In this document: positions 1-12,052 of the stretch, piece after piece | Layout of the letters: each line of letters begins with the position of its first letter | Numbering within the stretch: position 1 is the stretch's first letter | Assembly: GCF_041146345.1 (NCBI RefSeq) | Contig: NW_027191405.1 | Coordinates: forward strand, 1,116,001 to 1,180,000 | DNA length: 64,000 nt | Origin: Neodothiora populina | Lineage: Eukaryota | Direction: 5' to 3' | The notes under the pieces: model-generated | Database searches by the model: none | Told to the model about the DNA's origin: nothing | Seen by the model: only the letters and a program-made list of their open reading frames with translations | Program-made: the position numbers and the translations under genes

Positions 1-74
1 TTTGACATGATGAGGAGTGTCGAAAGGGCTGCAAGTAGTTCAGATGTACATTGGCTGATCTTGACCATCTGCAG

Positions 75-2270
75 CAATTCTACTGGCTGCTCTATGATGA
101 CCAAGACCGCAACCACGACCGTCACAGCACCAAAGTTCAATTCGACCTTCCCCAGATCCCCATTGAACTCTATAAGTGATGTCTCGGCTTCGGACCCTAT
201 CATAAGCGCCGCATCAATTGATAGCAATGCTTCGAACATTGCCTCATCTGTATCACCATTTTCCACCAGCACTTCACTTGCAACCGTAACCAGCTATTCC
301 ACTCTTACCAATCGTATCACTGTGTACGCACAGACGACTTCCGTAGCTCTGGATCCTGCCGATCCAACCTCTTCTAACACTCACGCTTACTACTATGCCC
401 TTTCCAACGGCACTACAACATGGATTGACGGTCGCGCTCCACCTTCAAATCACCGCACCTATGTAACCAGTACTGTACAGGTTACCATATACCCCACTGC
501 GGCTGCTCCAGAAAGAACAGTGACAGTCTCCCAAGTCTCTACAGCGGCTCGCGCAACCATCACGGTCGGCGTTACGAGCGGGGCATATGTGAATCCTACC
601 AGTACATCCGTCGTCACTTCAACCTTCACAACACAGATTGTTTCCGTCAGCACTTTGTACATGACGCAGAGTCCGCCTGTTCCAGGTGTCGAAGGGGCTT
701 CGAGTCCGAATGTCACTTTCGGCATCGTGTCGGCAGCAGCAACATCGTTGGCCGGCATCTCTACCGTAACCGGTCGACCTGTCACAACAACAATCAGTCT
801 TGCATTTGCACATCCACCCACGAGCGCCAGCGATCAAAGCTCCTCAAGGCTTGACCCAGCTGATCCACCACTTGGCCTTACAGTCACAGCACAGTCAGAT
901 GTTGCCAATTTCATCTTCGGCTCGGCATCACGATCCGTGACCGACGGGGTCGATACAACTGGTGCAGGATATGGTGTCTTACCAGCTACCGGCGTGGCTG
1001 TTGACCCCCTTCTTGCCAGCCAGCAATCCCAATCTTACAGCGGCACACTGCCTGGCCCTTTGCCAAACACTACTGGCCATGTGTCGGTACCAACTATACT
1101 TGGAAACTCGACCGCCTCCACTTCGACTAGTGTTTCGCGGGTGGCTAACAGTCCTGTCACGACCAGCGTTGTGAACATTACTCAGACAGGATATGAGATG
1201 CCTTCGCCGAATGCAACCTCGAGCCTGACCAAGAATACCAGCGAAGGTTCTACAGCAAATGCTGGTCCGGCTTTCGGAGCTTCATACACAACATCTCCTC
1301 TGTCACTGTTTACTCGAAGCAACGGTGATGTAGGCTCGGTGTCGGCACATACAGCAGCCTCGAGCACCATCGTGGCTGCCACCTCGTTGATCCCTTCTCT
1401 GTCAACAAACGCCAACGTTTCGACGGCTGTATCACGTGGATCGACCGACCACACTCGAGAAGCCAACTCAACAAGCTACTCCAAATTCGCTTCCTTTAGC
1501 GGTGCATCGGGTCCATCGTTGACATTCAGAAATGCCTCAACCCTGACGACAGTACCTAGCACCACGGGTAGCTCTAGCGTCATGCCGACACCGTCAGTGT
1601 GTGGCGAGCACGGTGATTTTGTGCTGACAGTAAGCTACTCCAAATTGCGTATCAAGATGGTCGTGGCTAACCATGTCTGCAGTGGGATGACGAGCCAACT
1701 TTCTCGCCGATGGAGCCAATTACTGATCCCAACGATGCGCCGCCAGTCTTCAATCCGTATCACCATCTGTACTTTGCCAATGGCTACGTGTATATCCCTC
1801 CACCAAGCGATCCCTTTCCTCCTGTGTCAGAACCACGTCTTGTCATGTTCCTGACGAACGAGACCGGGCCAAGCGACAACCCTGGAGCAGGAGGTGAGCA
1901 CGTAGGGGAGATAGGGGCCGGCGATCGTGCATCACAGTCGGCGTTCTGGTTCAATGCGTACAGCGCCTACCTGGGCTGTGACAATGCGGGCCCGGAGGAC
2001 TGCACGGTGCAGGTATCTGGTTACGTGTTTCAGGGAAGTGGCAAGGAAGTCATGGCGTATCAGCAGAACTTCACACTTCCAGGTTGTCCGGGCTTCGACA
2101 ACTGCAGGCTGAAACATGTCTTCTTTCCAAAGTCGATGGTGGGTCTGAGCGGACTTCAGTTTCAAGCGTCTGTCAACGGGGAGCACCGGGTGTTCTTCAT
2201 GGATAACCTGTCTCTGGGCTGGTACAACAACACGTGCGCTGCAGGCTTGATGAGGACTCGATCCAAATAG
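75..2270 (+). CDS. Ser/Thr-rich, probably extracellular protein with a Cys-containing C-terminal fungal domain; 5' end probably upstream of the window
   Basis: Long S/T-rich ORF. Intron 1630-1682 (GTAAGC..GCTAAC..CTGCAG) joins ...CGEHGDFVLT to WDDEPTFSPMEP...FNPYHHLYF...GCDNAGPEDC...CAAGLMRTRSK*. Another acceptor (GCTGAT..CTGCAG) ends at 74. Confidence 0.7.
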
Positions 2271-2717
2271 GGAATCGCTCTAAGGCGAGACTACGTGGAT
2301 GGCGTTGCAACAATCAATCAGGCTCGACCTGGAAGATTGAGCACGACGTTGCCATGGAACTTTGGAATCATTATGGTGGCATGAGATAGGTAACATAGTT
2401 AAGATAGTTCTACAGCATGTAACTGTGGAACACGTAGCGCACGCAGGCTTGTGTTACACTAAACCGAATCCATTCTAGTTCAGCAGACGTTCACCCATAT
2501 TTCAAGCACATTCGAAGGAGATTGTACCTCGGAGTGAGGTGGCATGTGATTGCGAGATAGAGTGCATTGGAGGCTCAGAGTACCGAATAAAGAGGCGGTG
2601 ATACTTGGCACAGCGGAAAGTCTTGGCATCGCAGCGGAGCGTCACAATCGACATGTAGAGTTGTAGGACGAGGAGTAATTGACATTGTCATCACCAACTG
2701 TTTGCTATCTCGTGACT

Positions 2718-4208
2718 ATGGCAGACATGCAAACAGCATCCCAGGCGGTGCACGTCTCAGCGAAGCGCACGCGAGAGATATTCGCGGCCGATTTTGGCGC
2801 ACCGTCGGCGCTGGACAAGTTCGCTCAACCAGCAATCGCGCCATCGAAACCCAGCCCCTCAGAACAAGCACAGAAGGCCAGCCTATCATGCAGGATACGA
2901 CAAGAATACGCAGACGTGAAAGAGTTACCGGCGGTGCTCGCGGCGAAGCAAGCGAACGCGTCGGCCTCTGCAGCGGCGCGAAGGAAGAAGCCAAAGACGA
3001 CGACAGAGGATCAAGCATCAGACCAGAAAATGGCCAAAATGATTCAAGGCGTCGCTGCCTCGCAATCGCCTCGCCTGGCGCCGAGTCAGGCATCCAATGC
3101 TCTCACCCTACGCGTCAATGGTTCCGGGCCTGGAGCGCGACCACCCCCGAATGCAGACGGACCCACGCCGCAGAGAAACCTTCCGTCATCGAGCCTGGTA
3201 CGGAGAGACACAGTGAGACAGCAGAAGCCGCAATGGCATGCTCCATGGAAGCTCATGAGGGTTATATCGGGCCACTTGGGCTGGGTGCGCGCGCTGGCGG
3301 TCGAGCCTGGCAACCAGTGGTTTGCCTCGGGCGCAGGCGACCGCACAATCAAGATCTGGGACATGGCAAGCGGCACGCTGAAGCTGACTCTGACTGGACA
3401 CATTTCTACCGTGCGCGGCTTGGCCGTCAGTCCTCGCCATCCGTATCTGTTCAGTTGCGCCGAAGACAAGAAAGTCAAATGCTGGGATCTCGAGACCAAC
3501 AAGGTCATCCGCGACTACCACGGCCATCTCTCGGGCGTCTACACTCTCGCTCTGCATCCGACCCTCGATGTGCTATGTACGGGCGGTCGCGACGGCGTCG
3601 TCCGCGTCTGGGACATGCGCACGCGCTCCAACATCCACGTCCTCTCGGGCCACAAACAAACAGTGTCGAGCGTGGTATGCCAAGAAGCCGATCCCCAGGT
3701 CATATCATCCTCGCTGGACTCGACAGTGCGCATGTACGATCTCGCAGCGGGAAAGACAATGGGCGTCCTGACCCACCACAAAAAGGGCGTGCGCGCTCTC
3801 GCCACCCACCCCTCGGAATTCACTTTCGCGTCCGCCTCGTCCGCCCAGATCAAGCAGTGGAAATGCCCCGAGGGCGCCTTCATGCAGAACTTCGACGGCC
3901 ACAACGCCATCATCAACACGCTCGCCGTCAACCAAGAAAACGTCATGTTCTCGGGCGGCGACAACGGGTCCATTGCCTTCTGGGACTGGAAGACAGGGTA
4001 CAAATTCCAGCACGAGGAGAGCATCGCGCAGCCCGGCAGTTTGGATGCAGAAGCGGGCATCATGAGCTCGACGTTTGATCTCTCGGGTTCGAGACTGCTG
4101 ACCGGAGAGGCGGACAAGACGATCAAGGTCTGGAAACAGGATGAGAATGCCACCGAGGATAGTTATCCGCTGGACTGGAGACCGACGCTTGGGAGACAGA
4201 AGTTTTGA
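2718..4208 (+). CDS. PRP46: Pre-mRNA splicing factor Prp46/PLRG1 (WD40)
   Basis: [22 protein letters not shown] signature, WD40 repeats and C-terminal [14 protein letters not shown] at 2718, single exon. Confidence 0.95.
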   Translation: MADMQTASQAVHVSAKRTREIFAADFGAPSALDKFAQPAIAPSKPSPSEQAQKASLSCRIRQEYADVKELPAVLAAKQANASASAAARRKKPKTTTEDQASDQKMAKMIQGVAASQSPRLAPSQASNALTLRVNGSGPGARPPPNADGPTPQRNLPSSSLVRRDTVRQQKPQWHAPWKLMRVISGHLGWVRALAVEPGNQWFASGAGDRTIKIWDMASGTLKLTLTGHISTVRGLAVSPRHPYLFSCAEDKKVKCWDLETNKVIRDYHGHLSGVYTLALHPTLDVLCTGGRDGVVRVWDMRTRSNIHVLSGHKQTVSSVVCQEADPQVISSSLDSTVRMYDLAAGKTMGVLTHHKKGVRALATHPSEFTFASASSAQIKQWKCPEGAFMQNFDGHNAIINTLAVNQENVMFSGGDNGSIAFWDWKTGYKFQHEESIAQPGSLDAEAGIMSSTFDLSGSRLLTGEADKTIKVWKQDENATEDSYPLDWRPTLGRQKF

Positions 4209-4695
4209 TCTCTTACGTCAAGGAGAAAGGGACAGAGGGGAAAAGGCAAGAACAAGTGCTACACACATCACGATACCCACAAACAAATGAAAACGAAACC
4301 TATCCATCCCATGCATATCATGCATTATTCTCAGTCATTCACTTCTATGTATACATGACCTGTTTACATGCACGAACGATTATAAGCCAGAGTAAGGTAG
4401 GTGTTGCACGTCTGGTTTGCTTGATGTACTTTACGTCCGGCTAGTCACTATATTTCGTAATTGTATGCCGCTGCACCCAGGACGCTAGAGGCGAGAACTA
4501 AACGTGAAGTGCTGTCTAGCTACATAGTATACAGGCATTCAGGAGGATGGAGAAAGAGGGGTATCAAGAAGAAAAGGAACAGTACATGCCGCCGGGAAAG
4601 AACAAAAACAACAACGACAAGACTTCGGAGTCTTGGAAGTCCGCAGCGAGAACTAGAAGAACAAACCAGAGTCTCTACCCAGAGGTTCGCCATGC

Positions 4696-5321
4696 CTACG
4701 CAGAGAAGCCCAGACCTCTACACTCGTCGTCATCTCTCAGCGCAGCTCTGACGTCCTCTTGTCCGACCCCCAACCTGACCCTCGCCGTCCTCTCTCCCCT
4801 CCTGTTCTCTAAACCAATAATGCCCGCTTCTGACAACTCTGCCGCCGCAAACGCCATGCCTCTTATCCTGGCTGCTTTGTCGACGTCTTTGCGAGCGACT
4901 TGTCGACCTCTTTTGCCCGGCGTGCTGATGAGTGCACTATTACTATTCGTCGAGAGTGCGAACGTGCGATCAGGCGCCAAAAGGACTTCTTCGATGCCCT
5001 TGAGGTCGGACAGAACACTCATCCGTTTCGCCTCGTCCATGACGTCGCCCAGCACACTCTCGCCGATTCCAGTGCGGCGGATCCGAGCGAGTAAAGCTGC
5101 GAGAAAGAGTTTGGACGCCAGAGGTAAGGTCCGTAGGTATGCGGCCAGAGGCGTCGATGTGGCTTCGTTGATTGCTTTTTTGATCGTGGCGATGGTCACG
5201 ATGCCGCGCTTGCCTTTGACCATGTTGGTTAGGCCTGTTGCTCGGCCGGGGGTTTTGCTCGGTGTTCCGGGTACGAGGGCAGCGAGGTCGTCGTTGACGT
5301 TGTTATTCTCTTTGTTCGGGT

Positions 5322-5358
<37 letters not shown>

Positions 5359-7035
5359 CTCGGCCACTGCTTCTGCTTCGGCGATCTCGACTGCTCGTCT
5401 GCATACGTCTAGAGCTCGTCGCGCGTCTCCGCTCACGGCGGCTACTTTTCGACTCGCGAATTGCACGGCGTCTGGTTCCACTACTACTTGGCCTACGCCT
5501 TCTAGTCTGCTCTGGATGATCTTGATGAGTTGCTGATGCGTGTAGCCTGGGAATGTGATTCTTGTCAGGCCGAGTCGCGAACTGATCTTATTACTCAGTG
5601 TGCGCTCTGGCAAGTCCATTGTGTTGGCGACGGCAAGAACAATAAGCCGACTGTGTTTCAGCTGCGGCCAATTGAAAAAGTTGTACATGACGCCCTGACT
5701 GCGCGTCACGAGCTGATCGAGTTCGTCCATCAGTACGACACAAGGCACTCGTCTCGGCGAAGGTGTGGTGAATTCCTTCTCCAGAAGCTCGAGTGCATGC
5801 GAAGCGCTGACGCGTTGTCCCTTCAGTGCTTCCCAGAGCAGAGAGTATGACTGATGCGGATCGGTGACTTTCATACCGTTGATCTCAACAAAGACGAAAT
5901 CGTCTAATTCGTCGGCGCTGACGGCCACATTCAATGCGGCTACGACCTCGCGCACGGTCGCTGTCTTGCCTGTTCCCGGGGTACCAGAGATATAGATACA
6001 GGCGCCCGTGTTTGCTGCAATGGCTGCTTCGAGATGAGAATAAACGGTTGCGAATTCGTCTTCTCGGCATGGCAGGGCATGTGGCACCGCAGAGACATGT
6101 AGCGTGCTACGGGCCACTTGATGCGGGGAGGCTGTGTATGACGGCGCCAGCACTCTCGTACCAAGAGGCGTGAACTCAAGCGGTCTTTTAGCGTTGATGC
6201 GGCGATGGGAGGGAGTGGTCAGCAATTCCTTTTTCGAGGGGCTTTGGGTTTTCCGTTTCGAGGTCGGAGTCGAAGCTGTCGTCCTGCGACGTTTCCGGGG
6301 CGTGCTGAACTCGCCGTCTTGCTCGTCGTCGGTAGCGACAAAGTCATCCGGCTCGCGATATGGCGTTTTCGCCGGCCCTCTTCGTTTGCGAGTTGATGTC
6401 GTCTGCTTGTCGACCATTTCCACCAGTGACCCAAGGTCATCGGGTCCACGATAGATGTTCTCCCACGTAAATTCTTCGGTATAAGTAGTCGTCCTGGTGT
6501 TGCATCCGCGTCTGCAGACAAAGATCTTGCCATAGTCCTTGGAAGTCTTTGCCACCTTGCCACTGGGATAGCGAGCATTGAAGACATCAGGAGACAGCAC
6601 GGTAGCCTTTCCATTGATAGTAGAAAGCGAGTTGTCATCGGTGCCAGTAGTGATGTACAGCTCATTAGGCAAGAAATCAGTTCTCTTCTTGTTCTTGTTC
6701 ACGATTTCCTTCTCCGACGAGAACCACATGAAAGTGGCTTTCTTGTCCATGACCATCTCGCCGTCTTCGTCTTCCAGCTCGCCATCTGACAACTCGCATA
6801 TAATGGCCACCCATGCCTCGTTACCCGCGGCTTTCAGCAAGACCGTGTCTCCGACTCGACACTCAAAGGAGCCCATCCTGGCGCCCACGATTTCGCTTGC
6901 CGTGTCATTGTATATCCATTCCCAGGGGTGGTCTTCGTGTCCGAGTTCGTCGTCGGAGTCTTCTCTGACTACACCGCCTCCTTGCAGGTAGTGTCTGGCC
7001 TCGTCGATCTTGGACCTCTTTTTCTTCTGCGCCAT
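4696..7035 (-). CDS. ORC1: Origin recognition complex subunit 1 (BAH + AAA+)
   Basis: N-terminal BAH-like region, LPCREDEF, YISGTPGTGKT Walker A, VLMDELD Walker B, ANTMDLPER, VSGDARRALD. Confidence 0.95.
5323..5358. repeat. (GGC)12 microsatellite encoding a poly-Ala tract in ORC1
   Basis: Perfect GGC run seen directly; reads as GCC (Ala) codons on the minus strand. Confidence 0.9.
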
Positions 7036-7122
7036 GATGTATCTGTTCCTGAGGTTCCTCTGTGACTGCGTCCCAAGGAGTTAGAACGTTTCCACCCTGT
7101 GAGTTCAAGACGTCTAGGGTTG

Positions 7123-7128
7123 ACGCGT
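7123..7128. promoter_or_regulatory. MCB-like element ACGCGT upstream of ORC1, in the ORC1/prefoldin divergent promoter
   Basis: TGACGCGTAA about 90 nt upstream of the ORC1 ATG; MCB boxes are typical of fungal replication genes. Confidence 0.4.
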
Positions 7129-7402
7129 AAGGAAACGAAGAAGAAACGCCAGATCCCGTGACGTCGTGGACATCAATATACCAGGATGGGACTAGGGGGG
7201 GGGCGGGAGGCAATCCCGCCAAGAAAACTGCCCCGCCATGTGCTGTTCCTCGAGTCATGCAGAAGATGCAAGATGCAGTTCACTTACTCTAAACCCTTCC
7301 ATGTTCGTGTTTCATAATTGCATTTAATTGCATCACCAGCTATCTTCACTTGACATTCCATATACTCAACTAACAGTTGGACTCTCTGATCTGCTGCACA
7401 TA

Positions 7403-8009
7403 ATGTCCGGCGCCAGTCAGCAGGGCGGTCAAAGTAAGAAAGAAACAAATCACCATCCCTACACCAAAAGGAAACGAGGGAACACAACTAATTGACCCAC
7501 CAAACCAACAGTCGACCTGGCCTCACTATCAGTGCAACAACTGGCCCAAGTAAAGAAACAACTCGACGACGAAGTCCAGCACCTGACCTCGTCATACTCA
7601 CAACTGCGATCCGCGGCCCAGAAGTTCCGCGACTGCATAACGAGCATCAACGCGGGAGTCGCAAACTCGAGCGCCAACAAGCCGCTCCTCGTGCCCTTGA
7701 CGTCGTCGCTGTACGTGCCCGGCACGCTGGCGTCTACGGAGACGGTCATGGTCGACGTAGGCACGGGGTTCTACGTGGAGAAGACGACGCATCAGGCCAA
7801 GAAGTTCTACGAGGGCAAGTCGGAGGAGTTGAGTAAGAACATCAAGGATCTGGAGACGATTGTCAATGGCAAGGCGCAGAATCTGAGGCTTATTGAGGAG
7901 GGTATGCTGCTGTGTCTCACTTTTCTATCTCTTGTTCTGTGTTTGCTAATGCTCGATGCGAACAGTTATGCGCCAGAAGGTCTTGGCCAGCAACCAGGCG
8001 GGTGCGTGA
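7403..8009 (+). CDS. GIM5: Prefoldin subunit 5 (alpha)
   Basis: LVPLTSSLYVPG and VMVDVGTGFYVEK motifs. Exons 7403-7433, 7512-7901, 7966-8009 with canonical GT-AG introns. Confidence 0.92.
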
Positions 8010-8420
8010 GCCTGAGCCAGAGCCAAAGTCAGTGGCATGAGCTGTGTCTCATGCGTTCACGAATCCGCTTCCTTATCGGCCCGTGTGGTTGAGTGGAGCC
8101 TGTCGTGAGGTTGACACTAGTATTCGACAGCGCCTGCGGGCCATCGCGCTGGCCTTTTGAGCCCTACAGAGTCGATTCACCTGGCAAGTCTCCCCCGTGC
8201 AGAAATATAAAGGCACATCACGCATCAGAGGACCTTCAGAAGTATGGCCGAGTCGCATGACAACGCCCAATGTCAGGTAGACGAATGGGAGGATTTTCAG
8301 GTACGAAGATGTGATGGCAACTTTGAAGGACATCTATGCATGTATCTCTAGGTGCTGTGTCGTGTTAGACACGCTATAAAAGCTTTCCACATTGTGCGTT
8401 CTTCGTATCTTGACCGTAGA

Positions 8421-10440
8421 TCACTCGCCTCGGATGATGTCCTGCAATCTGAACAAATTGTCCAGCATCTGCACGTGTCCCTCCGGCTTCGCTCCTGGCC
8501 TCTTCTCCTTGTCACTGTCCTCGTCCCTAGGGAACCAGGTATCCAAGTCTGTACGCCAACTCGCCCCCTTACCCATTGCGAGATTGGAGTTTTCGGCCAG
8601 GTTTCTGTCCCAGTCCCTGTGCTTCATTTGCAACGTCCATCTCGGTTCGTAGACGGTCGCCTCTTCCTTACCCGCGATCGCTTTGTCTGTCGTATCATAT
8701 TTGACTTGCTGAAACTTCGTAATCTCGACCACGTACCTGGTGTTGACGATTGCGTGTTCCCAAGACGTACGGAGCTCTAGCATCTTCTTCCTGGCGACCA
8801 GCCTTGGTTTATTGTCTTCCTTCTTCTCAAACTCACACCACACATCCTTGCCTCGTACATCGCGAGCCTCTCGCTCCTTGATGTTGAAGTAGTAGTTTCC
8901 GAGGTCGTATAGTTCCGTCTTGAGTGACTCTTTCTCAATCGGTATTCTCGCCAACATTTCAATCGCCCAAGACATCCCGTCACCCACATTCAAGACGCAC
9001 GTCGCCATGATACATCTTGCGCTCAAATCTTCTTGTTCAAGTCTGTAGAAGGAAGGTCCGCTCAGGACGACAAAGTCATTGTCTATCTCCTGCCAAACTT
9101 TACTTAGCTGAATAAAGTTGCTACCAATGGCATCCGCATCCAGAGTCAGCGTTGCTGTGAAAGTGGGGCGGACATCTTCAAGTCGTTCAATAAAGGTTGA
9201 CTGTGGCTCCAGATAGCCTGCGGCTTTGGTCAAACGCTCGTATGCCGTCTGTTCGAGCTGCTCATTTCCTAATCTAAGAAGACATCGAGTGAGCATAACA
9301 CCAACACATCTTCAACTTATAATGAACTCACTCTTGTGTAACCGAGGCGTTGAAGGCACTGTCATTTGCCAGCATCGCTTCGAAAGCTGCCAAGTCGTAT
9401 CCTCCTTGTGGGACTTTCTGGTAACGTTCCAAGATCATCGTCCCCAGACGGGCTTGCAGAGTGATAGAGCCACGATAGTACTTGATCTTGTTCAACGACG
9501 ACATTACCTGATCCTTGACCTTTGTTGCTAGAGCAAAGCGCTCGACTGTAGGGTTTAGCAGCTTCGAATTTCCGGCTTTTAAGAGCTTGCCTTGCGCTCG
9601 TGGGGTCCTCAGCGGTGCTTTGGTGGCTTGATGAGCTCTACTTGTTACAATAGTCTTGACAGGATCATGTTCGATCACATCTACCTTGGCAGGGACTCGT
9701 TGTGGGTCCGCATGGTGTAACATATATGTCTTTGACGGTTCGACTTGTCGAGCGATTACCTGAAACAGGGCTGTCCGAACTCGCACGATTGCCGCCGTGA
9801 CATCCTGCTTCTTGCCCATGGCCTGAAAGCTGGACAAACTGTGGTCAAAGATGATGTGGCACGAGTGCTCGCTACGAATAGGATCCAGGACCTGGAGATT
9901 TCGGCCAAAGACGTCGTGCGGACTGGCTACATCGCTCGGCCACACAAGATTCCCAATGGTTTCAAAAACTGCATCAGGCATAGGGTCTCGCCTGTATTCT
10001 TCGGTGGCTTCCGTCCTGTCGAGTTCCTTTTCGTAGATACGGCGCGCCTCGGGGGTCAGCGAAGGTGTTTTCGCCCATTTCGCAGGATTCTTTCCGCTGG
10101 TGAATGATGGATGGGTGTTCGCAATTTCGATATCTATAAGAGATTTCGCTTGCGCGGCTGCAGGGCCGTTTCCCCATACAGAGAGCTCTCTACGCGTTAT
10201 TTGGACATGTGTGCCAGTGTCTGCAGCAATCTTGTTAATCCTCTCACGATTTACGCTTGCATCCAGGGGAAGCCGTATTGTTTCCGCTGGTTTTTGGTTG
10301 CTTCTCCACGCCGCGGTTCCCTCGTTGTCCGAAGGAATAGGGAAGGCCTGATTTGATCTCTGATCGCGAGAGGCTGAGCCTTGCGGCTGTCTACGGGGCT
10401 TCGACCGCTGTCGAAGGCCACGAGAGGTCGAATTGGCCAT
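8421..10440 (-). CDS. Uncharacterised fungal protein with a degenerate KH-like N-terminal segment
   Basis: Two ORFs join in frame through intron 9274-9331 (GTGAGT..TTAG), giving ...VTQE-LGNEQ.... Segment INKIAADTGTHVQI...LSVWGNG..AAQAKSLI resembles a KH fold. Confidence 0.7.
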
Positions 10441-11513
10441 ACTCTCGCTGCTCGATTTACGCTGTATGATAGTGGCAGTACAAGATCAGGTACGCTGTGG
10501 ATTGCGAGTTTTGGACGACCATCGAAATCAGAGAAGGTACAGATGTCATGTATGAAGAAATGACAGTCATTAAGGTAGCTGGATGCAAGTGAACGTGTGT
10601 TGAAGACAAGTGAGTGTGAGCATGTTTTTCCAAATCGACAAACAACAGTCGTGCCTTCCCTTTCGCTACATGGGCTGCAGAGCGGAGAGACGGAATCCAT
10701 ACCTTACCTCTGCTCAATCTAAACTATGCAATGCACCGTACAGCACATATTCATTGGTAGCGCAGCCAACTTGTTTTGTTGTCTGTCAAGGATGTGTTTT
10801 GTTGATGGATATCCTACCTGCACCTGACCGTGCCATACTCAATGCATGCACTGTACTTTTGGTCCTCTTAAACTACCTTAGGTTTCACATATGAATGGAA
10901 TACAAAGGTTGCTCCGTTGCCGAGTGACTAGGGTAGCACAGCGTGCGGACTTTCATCCGCGTAGAGATAGGCTTGGGCGAATACATATAAGGCATCCCAT
11001 CGCGAAGCTGCCTGCTATGACATTGAGCAATGATCAATCGAGCCATCTGTTGATATTTATCGCCTCAATATACCGTATGCATAAGATCGATGGGAGGCGC
11101 CAGCCCCGCCGCTTGAAATTCAAATGTCCCAAGATATGGCACGTTTCTTGTACCAAGTGCGGCTACTCGTCGATTCAAAAGTGATCATTGATAGGGCGTA
11201 CGCTTGGGCGCGGCGAAGCACATGATAGGATTCCCGGCGGGGCCAAAGTTTGGAAACGCTAACCCGCATGTAGCCACCGACAACGCCGAATGCGCGCACA
11301 AGTGCAAGACAAGTGAGCGAATATATCACACCGAAGGCCATCAAACTCGCTTGGAATTGGCACTATGTGGCGGTTAGAGTATGTGGAAATTAATCCAAGA
11401 GCACAATAAATTATAGACTGGTTTTTCCGGGAGTGGAAATGGAGTGAATCGGTGGTGGAATCGGATCATTATTCTGAAGGAACGATAGCGGCCTGCATGG
11501 CAGTTTTAGCGTG

Positions 11514-11520
11514 TGACTCA
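11514..11520. promoter_or_regulatory. Gcn4/CpcA binding element (CPRE) TGACTCA upstream of cpcA
   Basis: GTGACTCAC, a perfect AP-1/Gcn4 site about 135 nt upstream of uORF1. Confidence 0.65.
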
Positions 11521-11654
11521 CACTCTCAACCCCAATCGAGGCTGCCGAATTTCGCTGGTTTAAGAAGCCGCCTTCCCCTCCTCCATTTTTCTGATTTTCT
11601 CCATTCATCAAAGCACACTAAACATACAAAACACAACGCCATATCACATTCAAG

Positions 11655-11666
11655 ATGGCGGCCTAA
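11655..11666 (+). promoter_or_regulatory. cpcA uORF1 (MAA*)
   Basis: CAAG-ATG GCG GCC TAA in strong context; a 3-codon uORF1 is typical of GCN4/cpc-1 leaders. Confidence 0.85.
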
Positions 11667-11814
11667 ATACCAGCATCATAACGTCTTATCAGTCAATATC
11701 GTCTTCAACCATACCTCTAGAGCATAAGCTCTCGAGTTCAGCCTTAGGCATCAGTCCCCGCGACTCTTCCACGTTGACATTCTATTCGCCCGTCACGGCA
11801 TCCAACCAGCAACC

Positions 11815-11952
11815 ATGGCCTCCTCTAACACCAGTACCACGGCAAAAGCCATCAGCTTCCTATCAAGACTTCCAACTGTTCGGGATACCTCCTGCTCAAC
11901 AGTATCCTCAGCGCGTTCCATCGCTCGCTTCGAGGCTTCCTCGTACGTCTAA
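11815..11952 (+). promoter_or_regulatory. cpcA uORF2 (45 aa, out of frame, presumed inhibitory)
   Basis: ACC-ATG-G start; MASSNTSTTAKAISFLSRLPTVRDTSCSTVSSARSIARFEASSYV*; stops 100 nt before the main ATG. Confidence 0.8.
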
Positions 11953-12052
11953 TTTGACTACACCCGGTAACGCTCATTCTGCGTCACGTCTACATCGCCC
12001 ACACCATCGATTTATTCCACCTGTGCCTTTGTTCGATCAAACCATCGACGTA

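Noticed and set aside
2702..4078. 458-aa alternative-frame ORF overlapping PRP46
   Set aside because: Non-ATG start and Arg/Pro-rich composition expected from a shifted frame of GC3-rich codons; no motifs.
4547..5536. 329-aa ORF antisense to ORC1
   Set aside because: Antisense shadow of a codon-biased gene; no recognisable features.
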